From Patescibacteria group bacterium (GTDB lineage: Bacteria > Patescibacteriota > Kazan-3B-28 > UBA10110), in NCBI GenBank assembly GCA_043802665.1, contig JAZDKW010000010.1, forward strand, positions 4,024 to 68,023: DNA of 64,000 nt, in the 5' to 3' direction. Positions 49,785 to 55,776 of this stretch are shown here, piece after piece. Position 1 is the first letter of the stretch. Every line of letters begins with the position of its first letter. Both the position numbers and the translations under genes were made by a program. The notes beneath the pieces are model-generated. The model ran no database searches. It was not told the DNA's origin and worked only from the letters and a program-made list of their open reading frames with translations.

Positions 49785-50375
49785 CTATACTTTGAGAAAA
49801 CGGTTAATTCGATCAATCCAATCTTCGTCTTGACGATTTACTTCCGGAACAAACTGACTAAGCGCCTGGCGCAAAGAGGAAAGGTCTTGGGCATTAATTA
49901 ATATAGTGATGACGGGCATCAGACGAAAAGTGGAGATAACATTTAAATAGTTTTTGCCAGATTTATTATGAAACCAAAAACCTTTTAACTGTTCGAACGT
50001 CAATGTTCGCTCGTTGATATGTAGCCCTGCACTATCCAGCCGGTACTGCATCCGACGAGGTTTCAGCCGACCCGAAATTAATAATAACCCAGCTACGACT
50101 ACTGCCATCGCTAATAAAATCCACTGTCGCGCGTACCAACTATAGCCACCTACCACTAAAAAGGCGGCGATAAGAATAGTGTACCAACGCCAATCTCGCC
50201 GGTGCACTTCGAACTCTTCTGCCTGCCAAACTATCGGCTCAAAAGTAGATTGAGGAACTATTGGTTGCTCGGGTTGTTCTATCGGCTCTTGCGATAATTG
50301 TTCCTGTTGCTCCTGCGGCTCTTGTAATGGTTGTTCTTGTTCATCCATAAGTAAATACTCCCTTAAAAATAACAC
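49785..50375 (-). CDS. Membrane protein with Gln/Glu-rich N-terminus and two TM helices (hypothetical).
   Basis: ORF features only. Confidence 0.35.
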   Translation of the reverse strand: MLFLREYLLMDEQEQPLQEPQEQQEQLSQEPIEQPEQPIVPQSTFEPIVWQAEEFEVHRRDWRWYTILIAAFLVVGGYSWYARQWILLAMAVVVAGLLLISGRLKPRRMQYRLDSAGLHINERTLTFEQLKGFWFHNKSGKNYLNVISTFRLMPVITILINAQDLSSLRQALSQFVPEVNRQDEDWIDRINRFLKV

Positions 50376-50545
50376 CTGCCCCTGGTCTGATTATATGGCA
50401 TATCCAGGGAATACTAAAGAGTACTCGGGATCCAACCCATCCCTAAGCAATTTCAGCCTAAGCATTGTGATTTCGAATAAACCTTGCTCTGGGACACAAT
50501 TTCTGCTATATTCCGTTTGTCATATCGCGATCCCATACATCAGGT

Positions 50546-51121
50546 ATGACTATCCTGTTTTTTGAAAAAGAGGTGACCTATAAAATGAATAGATCAATTG
50601 TTGTTCTTTTGTTATGCACTCTGGCAGTGGCAACCATCTTTACCGTAACCTCCTGCAAAGGGAATATAAAAGGCGCTGGAGTTCCCCAAGAACCGGGCCA
50701 CTATCTGTATGATGGTAGTAAATGGAATAAGATCCCGACAGATAATATGATTACAGGTGGTGGGCAGATTAGTCTTGACCGGTTTAATAATGGAACAATG
50801 TTCGCTGTCCATGCCGGTAAACTCAAGTATGCTTACCGTATGACGCCCACTGAGATGAAAAGCGCAGGCAGTCCACTGAGTAATGTTTCGGATATCACTG
50901 TGAACCACATAGGGATCTTCCCTTTGTGCAATGCTCAGAACAATCAGGCTTTAGAATTTATATCATCAGGGTATACACAAAGCAACGGTATTGATAAATC
51001 TGATTACTCCGCCGGTTATGTGTTAATGGAGTATGACAGACTACCCGCTTCCCCAATTGGCAAATATTGGATGCACATTTTAGTGGCACCTGGTTATGGC
51101 ATAGGAATAATATCTCAATAA
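50546..51121 (+). CDS. Putative lipoprotein (hypothetical).
   Basis: Signal plus lipobox-like VTSC. Confidence 0.35.
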   Translation: MTILFFEKEVTYKMNRSIVVLLLCTLAVATIFTVTSCKGNIKGAGVPQEPGHYLYDGSKWNKIPTDNMITGGGQISLDRFNNGTMFAVHAGKLKYAYRMTPTEMKSAGSPLSNVSDITVNHIGIFPLCNAQNNQALEFISSGYTQSNGIDKSDYSAGYVLMEYDRLPASPIGKYWMHILVAPGYGIGIISQ

Positions 51122-51225
51122 ACCACCCACGTCAGCACTATTCCTTCACAGTGAAGTTGATAGTTATTTTTTTCACCACAAAAGACTCCTAATGATTTGT
51201 TACACCAAGCAAATCAACGGGAGTT

Positions 51226-51900
51226 TTATTTTAGGTTATTACTATGTTTGCCTGCGAGATGTCTTAATGATGATTTGGTCAGGGCAAACCCATAGATATC
51301 CTGGAAATTATAGGCAAATTGACGCGCGGTGGTATGGGAATCGACAGTCCGGATTAATTGCAATAATTTATTCTGGGGATACTTATCCAATAAATACTTC
51401 ACCCAATAATAACCTACTCCGTAGACTTTTTGCCCACCTACATTAAAGAAACCATTTAAGGATATTAGATCTCCCTCGGCCGGAATTGTTTTATTCTGCC
51501 CAGCCAAATAACAAGCTAACCCCTCATTTAACCATCTTGGTTTTCCAGTATTACTATCCGTAATAATATGGTAATACAGATGAACATATTCATGGACCAA
51601 GACTTGCCAAAATTGGCCGGCCGTATGATCGGATTCTTTGGCAAATACTTTAGGATCAAGGATATAAATTGTTTCTGATTTAGTCCAAGCACACAGCCAG
51701 CTCTCGGTTTTTTTGCCCCAAAATTTGTCGATCTCTCGTCGAGATTGGAGTAACACCACTGGCGGTAATTCTAGTTTGATACCAAAAAATTTATTCAGCT
51801 TTTTTTGAGCTAACTTAAGCGCAGAAATCACCTTGGGATCTCGAGTAGAAGTTGATTTGAAATTAGAGATGCTCATACCATAAGAATACCAGAAAAGCAC
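51226..51900 (-). CDS. Small gluzincin-type zinc metallopeptidase (M1-like HEXXH-X18-E).
   Basis: QVLVHEYVHLYYHIITDSNTGKPRWLNEGLACY: HExxH, exactly 18 residues, then a WLNEGxAxY-like third ligand. Confidence 0.5.
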   Translation of the reverse strand: MLFWYSYGMSISNFKSTSTRDPKVISALKLAQKKLNKFFGIKLELPPVVLLQSRREIDKFWGKKTESWLCAWTKSETIYILDPKVFAKESDHTAGQFWQVLVHEYVHLYYHIITDSNTGKPRWLNEGLACYLAGQNKTIPAEGDLISLNGFFNVGGQKVYGVGYYWVKYLLDKYPQNKLLQLIRTVDSHTTARQFAYNFQDIYGFALTKSSLRHLAGKHSNNLK

Positions 51901-51959
51901 TCTTGACCCGAGAGATTACAGACTAAACAAGCTTAATGATTTAATAAATTCATCAAGAG

Positions 51960-52487
51960 TTATTTTGAATAAACCATCTGGAGAGTTTCGGGCTGGCAAG
52001 GATTCTTGGGGTATTTTTTAATACCTCGGGGTTGAAATCCGACTTTTCCATAAGCCTTAACGGCACGAATGTTTTCTGGCCTTACTTCTAAATATATTCT
52101 ATGGATATCCAACCCTTTAGCCTTAGCCAGCAATAGCTTGATCGCTTTAACCCCATATCCCTTGCCCCAATATTTCTTATTGCCAATTACTATCTGGGTC
52201 TCGTAATTATCATCCTTTCTTTTCCCTAAGGAAATATGACCAATGGTTTGTTTGTTTAAATCGACCATGAAATGATGATCTGTTTTACTGCCCAGCATAT
52301 CGTGAAAATATTCTTCTACTTCCGCATCGTAAATCGGCTTAAAATCTCCGCTGGTGAGTGTAATTAGATCTTTATCTCTCCACCACTTCCGGAAATATCC
52401 GATATCTCCAGATCTGATCTTTCTTAAAGTTATCTTGTTCATAAGGTAATTATAACAACTTGTCCAATAACAATATTTTTCCAACAC
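51960..52487 (-). CDS. GNAT-family N-acetyltransferase (RimJ/RimL-like). GTG start at 52487; alternative ATG at 52442.
   Basis: …QIVIGNKKYWGKGYGVKAIKLLLAKA… acetyl-CoA-binding motif Q/RxxGxG/A. Confidence 0.75.
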   Translation of the reverse strand: MLEKYCYWTSCYNYLMNKITLRKIRSGDIGYFRKWWRDKDLITLTSGDFKPIYDAEVEEYFHDMLGSKTDHHFMVDLNKQTIGHISLGKRKDDNYETQIVIGNKKYWGKGYGVKAIKLLLAKAKGLDIHRIYLEVRPENIRAVKAYGKVGFQPRGIKKYPKNPCQPETLQMVYSK

Positions 52488-52556
52488 TACGGCGGCTACA
52501 GATACCCTGAATGACAGACATCTCCATGCGAAGTTTTTTGTATAAGAAAAGAGAAA

Positions 52557-52582
52557 AGCCGCCTCATTATAAGGCGGCTACA
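52557..52582 (-). terminator. Intrinsic terminator immediately after the precursor-peptide gene.
   Basis: Minus strand: AGCCGCCttataatgAGGCGGCTTTTCTCTTTTCTT. Confidence 0.6.
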
Positions 52583-52598
52583 CCGCGGTCTACCACAC

Positions 52599-52769
52599 TT
52601 AGCCGACACATCGGCAACTGGGACCGCCGGAATCGCAATCGCATGGATCACAATTGCAGTCGCAATTGTCACATGTGATACCGCGTTCCGTTAACTGTGG
52701 GGTGTTAATTGTGGATACAGCTGCCATGTCAATGATGGTTTCGAAGCCACAACCTGACAGATTATCCAT
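52599..52769 (-). CDS. Cys/Asp-rich precursor peptide (56 aa from ATG 52769; the ORF track extends to GTG 52790). The sequence is MDNLSGCGFETIIDMAAVSTINTPQLTERGITCDNCDCNCDPCDCDSGGPSCRCVG.
   Basis: GGGGA ribosome-binding site 7 nt upstream; starts 15 nt after the stop of the radical-SAM gene; nine Cys; terminator follows. Confidence 0.6.
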   Translation of the reverse strand: MDNLSGCGFETIIDMAAVSTINTPQLTERGITCDNCDCNCDPCDCDSGGPSCRCVG

Positions 52770-52783
52770 AGTATCATCCCCTT

Positions 52784-54115
52784 TCAGCACGATATTAATA
52801 TCCTCTGTTGATAGAGTGCTGATACAAACTTGGGTAGCAATAGCTCTGTGAGCTTATTCAAGCTACATGGAAACTCAAAAGTATTTATACGATCAGCGAA
52901 TAAGAATCTGGTTGCCTCCTCATTTAAGAAAGCGGCACACTGATTACCAATATAAACTATAGAGCCAAAATTCTCTTTACGCCAACGCAAATCTGGGTTA
53001 AGCGCTAGATTATTCGGCAACATAACAGAATCGTCTTGGAATTGCTTCAATTTATAGAAACTCTCCAAAGCATCTTGTGCATCAGATGGACTCACAAGAG
53101 AATCCTCGGCACCAAACTCCCCATTGATAACCTCGGCTTCCGCTCGACACCCTCCCCCACAAATCAAGAGCGCTTTGCACTTTTTACAAATCGGGGGTAT
53201 TAATGAACCGTCTCTCCACTCGTACATTCTTTGCCAAATAGCACACAGCGATTCATTGAAGATATTGCCATGACTAATGCTGACATGAGTGCAGACTCTT
53301 ACTTGTCCTAGCGCGGATACAGCTACAGCAGTGATGCCAGCCGAACATCTCTTTCCAGCTACCATGTGGTAACGGAAAACATCTTTGATAGCACATAGAG
53401 GATACACGGTCAAGACCCCTGTTCTTAGATTATATTCTTTCTCCAATTGGACTAGATCTTCCAAATAACTGCGTAATTCCATTAAATCTAACGAATATTC
53501 CCTAAATCCGGCACAACCTGACGGACATGTTGCTCTCGTGACATTAAAATTACTTATCCCGAGACTACGAACTAATTGTGCGGTTTCTCTAATGTAGTGC
53601 TGATTCAGGTGAGATACGACCATATTAACAGAAACATTCACTTGATTCTCTTTCAATAATCGTATGCCTTTGATCGTCTCTTGAAATGATCCGGATCTCT
53701 GTGCTATGTCATCATGAATCTTCTCATTCTGCCCCATGATCGACACTAAAACACTAGTGAGATGTTTATACCGACTTAATGCCTTAGCATCATCATTATC
53801 AAGGTTAATTAATGTAGAATTGACACTCGCTACGGCCAATGTGCTCTTTTCTATCCGATCCAGAGCACAGTACAGAGATTCTTTGTTCATCAGGGGCTCT
53901 CCTCCAGTCAGTACTACATAGAACACCTGAGACCTCTCTAATTCATCCAAAACATGCTCTGTTTGATTCAGAGACATTTGGGCACATTTCTCGGAGAGGT
54001 CAGAAGTCTTAACATCCTTTCTGCGCCAATAGTTATAGCAATGTATGCAATTATTTGGACACAGACTAGATATCTCCAACTGAACAGTTAGCGGAGATGA
54101 TAGGGTTTTGTACAT
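52784..54115 (-). CDS. Radical SAM enzyme with a C-terminal SPASM/twitch auxiliary Fe-S domain. Probable start is MYKTLSSP at 54115 with an AAGGAGG ribosome-binding site; the ORF track extends to 54175.
   Basis: CPNNCIHC (Cx3Cx2C) 18 aa from the N-terminus; C-terminal CKKCKALLICGGGC (Cx2Cx5Cx3C); a further roughly 120-aa C-terminal domain. Confidence 0.85.
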   Translation of the reverse strand: MYKTLSSPLTVQLEISSLCPNNCIHCYNYWRRKDVKTSDLSEKCAQMSLNQTEHVLDELERSQVFYVVLTGGEPLMNKESLYCALDRIEKSTLAVASVNSTLINLDNDDAKALSRYKHLTSVLVSIMGQNEKIHDDIAQRSGSFQETIKGIRLLKENQVNVSVNMVVSHLNQHYIRETAQLVRSLGISNFNVTRATCPSGCAGFREYSLDLMELRSYLEDLVQLEKEYNLRTGVLTVYPLCAIKDVFRYHMVAGKRCSAGITAVAVSALGQVRVCTHVSISHGNIFNESLCAIWQRMYEWRDGSLIPPICKKCKALLICGGGCRAEAEVINGEFGAEDSLVSPSDAQDALESFYKLKQFQDDSVMLPNNLALNPDLRWRKENFGSIVYIGNQCAAFLNEEATRFLFADRINTFEFPCSLNKLTELLLPKFVSALYQQRILISC

Positions 54116-54382
54116 AGTTAACCCCTCCTTATTGTTCGATTTATCAAAGGGCTTTATTATAATACCAGAAAGCAAAAACTATGTCCAGATAACACTTTTT
54201 GCCGAAAATTATTATAAAAATTAATAAAGGGGGGCAACTTAGACAGGTTTCTGCGATCTTTACACCATCCTGACTGTTCAGGCAAGCAGGATATCATTTT
54301 TAAACATTATCCTGAGTTATTAAAGAATATTAATGCCGGACAGGTCGCTCTAATAAACTACGCAGGGCGGTCTTCGCTTTTA

Positions 54383-54613
54383 TTAAAAATGTTTCTTCAA
54401 AAATGCCCGACCAGAACCTGACTTAAAATACTTTTCTAATTCAAAAGCTTTATATTTGTCTTGAAGCGCTATATAAAAACAAAGTTTTACTGGTAAACGG
54501 TCTTTGGTTGCTGAAACATAGCCTTTTCGATGTCTATTGACTCTATCTTTCAAGTCATCAGTGCAACCTATATAATAACCTTCTCGACATTTCAGCGAAT
54601 AAATATAATACAT
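54383..54613 (-). CDS. Small GIY-YIG nuclease (UPF0213-like), copy 1.
   Basis: MYYIYSLKCREGYYIGCTDDLKDRVNRHRKG. Confidence 0.7.
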   Translation of the reverse strand: MYYIYSLKCREGYYIGCTDDLKDRVNRHRKGYVSATKDRLPVKLCFYIALQDKYKAFELEKYFKSGSGRAFLKKHF

Positions 54614-54644
54614 AATCTGCTATGGTAGCCCGCTTTCATTCGTC

Positions 54645-54718
54645 TCTGGCGAACTTCGTCACGCCGTAGGCCCTGACTTCGTCCAGCCGAAAGCGGACTT
54701 CGTCACGCCGTAGCCGAG
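54645..54718. repeat. Three tandem units of about 22 bp, (G)ACTTCGTC(A/C)(C/A)GCCG(T/A)A…, just 3' of tRNA-Ser(TGA).
   Basis: GAACTTCGTCACGCCGTAGGCC / TGACTTCGTCCAGCCGAAAGC / GGACTTCGTCACGCCGTAGCCG. Confidence 0.55.
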
Positions 54719-54732
54719 CTCCAGCGAGGCGA

Positions 54733-54824
54733 TGGCGGAGAGGGTGGGATTCGAACCCACGATACCCCTTACGGGGTATGCCAGTTTTCAAGACTAGTGC
54801 CTTCAACCGCTCGGCCACCTCTCC
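54733..54824 (-). tRNA. tRNA-Ser (anticodon TGA).
   Basis: GGAGAGG-TG-GCC-GAGCGGTTGAA-GGC-A-CTAGT-CTTGAAA-ACTGG-[variable hairpin]-GTGGGTTCGAATCCCAC-CCTCTCC-GCCA. Confidence 0.85.
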
Positions 54825-54845
54825 ATATAGAGCCAAGTGCGGTTA

Positions 54846-54938
54846 TGGCGGTGAGGGAGGGATTCGAACCCTCGCGGGGAATTGCTTCCCCCTACCGGTT
54901 TAGCAAACCAGCCCCTTCAGCCTCTTGGGTACCTCACC
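54846..54938 (-). tRNA. tRNA-Ser (anticodon GCT).
   Basis: GGTGAGG-TA-CCC-AAGAGGCTGAA-GGG-G-CTGGT-TTGCTAA-ACCGG-[variable hairpin]-GAGGGTTCGAATCCCTC-CCTCACC-GCCA. Confidence 0.85.
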
Positions 54939-54958
54939 ATCATAACCGCACTTAGTAA

Positions 54959-55198
54959 TTATTTTAATCTACGATGCAAATCTTTGTGCCCATCGCTGGA
55001 CTTCAAGAACCTTTCTCTTCTCTGAGCTATCAGTTTATCTTGGTAGGCTTCATAGCAAACCAACACAAACGGGATTCTATATTTAGTAGATGTTACTTTG
55101 CCGGCTTGATGCTCAGCAAATCTTGATTTTAAATTATCGGTTGAGCCAATGTAATATTTACCATCTTTGTTACTTTTTAGCACATAGACATAATGCAT
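54959..55198 (-). CDS. Small GIY-YIG nuclease (UPF0213-like), copy 2.
   Basis: MHYVYVLKSNKDGKYYIGSTDNLKSRFAEHQAGK. Confidence 0.7.
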   Translation of the reverse strand: MHYVYVLKSNKDGKYYIGSTDNLKSRFAEHQAGKVTSTKYRIPFVLVCYEAYQDKLIAQRRERFLKSSDGHKDLHRRLK

Positions 55199-55239
55199 GG
55201 ATATATTTTATTAAAGGATTCGCCCTAAATTCTCAGGGC

Positions 55240-55392
55240 GCCCCGCCTGCCCCGCGTATGCTGGGGCGAATGCCGGGGCGAACCCTCGCGGGGAATTGCT
55301 TCCCCCTACCGGTTTAGCAAACCAGCCCCTTCACGTCCTGCGTATGCGGGACAGCCTCTTGCCCCACATGCACGGGGTGCAGGTACCTCACC
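55240..55392 (-). pseudogene. Degenerate copy of tRNA-Ser(GCT): a 53-nt identical core with two roughly 20-nt GC hairpins inserted in the D-arm and the 3' T-loop/acceptor replaced by a third hairpin.
   Basis: 55281..55333 matches 54865..54917 exactly; insertions CGTCCTGCGTATGCGGGACA and CCCCACATGCACGGGGTGCA; the 3' end is replaced by …CCCCGCGTATGCTGGGG…. Confidence 0.45.
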
Positions 55393-55741
55393 ACATAACG
55401 CCTTCGGCGTAACTTATCCAATTTATCAATGTAACACCGATTTCCAATTGATAACATCAGTAGCAACTATATCAAGGTGAGTATCTAACTATTTAAGAAT
55501 ACCATTAATCTCTCCCCCTTTAAAAAGAGGTTCGCCGAACTTTTCTTGGAATCCGAAGCGGTTATTGGAGCTGGGATTATTCTTGTCTTCATCCCGGCAT
55601 TGGAGCCCGAGCGTACTGTAGACAGAAAATCGCCGTTGTGTAGCCAACTGTTAGAGTATTCCTTTAAGGAATACGAGTTTGGCGAGAGCAGTAAGGAGAT
55701 TTTATGATGCTGCAGAGTGAGGGCGACTGCCGGAAGACTTT

Positions 55742-55766
55742 GGTTACTTTCCTCGGGAAAGTAACA
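55742..55766 (-). terminator. Hairpin after the gene at 55777..57879.
   Basis: GTTACTTTCCtcgGGAAAGTAAC. Confidence 0.45.
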
Positions 55767-55776
55767 AGAAAAATCC

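Noticed and set aside
52654-52851. Plus-strand 65-aa ORF overlapping the precursor-peptide gene.
   Set aside because: Antisense to the peptide and radical-SAM junction; no ribosome-binding site. The minus-strand peptide has a ribosome-binding site, a terminator, and the expected RiPP context.
54645-54718. Possible CRISPR array.
   Set aside because: Only three imperfect tandem units with no unique spacers and no cas genes. No other array-like periodicity is seen in the window.
54636-54836. 66-aa ORF covering tRNA-Ser(TGA) and the tandem repeats.
   Set aside because: The sequence is accounted for by a canonical tRNA and repeat DNA.
55400-55740. RNase P RNA assignment for this region.
   Set aside because: Only fragmentary resemblance (GAGGAAAGT…, …CGGGCTCC…) to the conserved P4 strands, and these fragments are in the wrong order. 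It cannot be supported without a covariance-model search.
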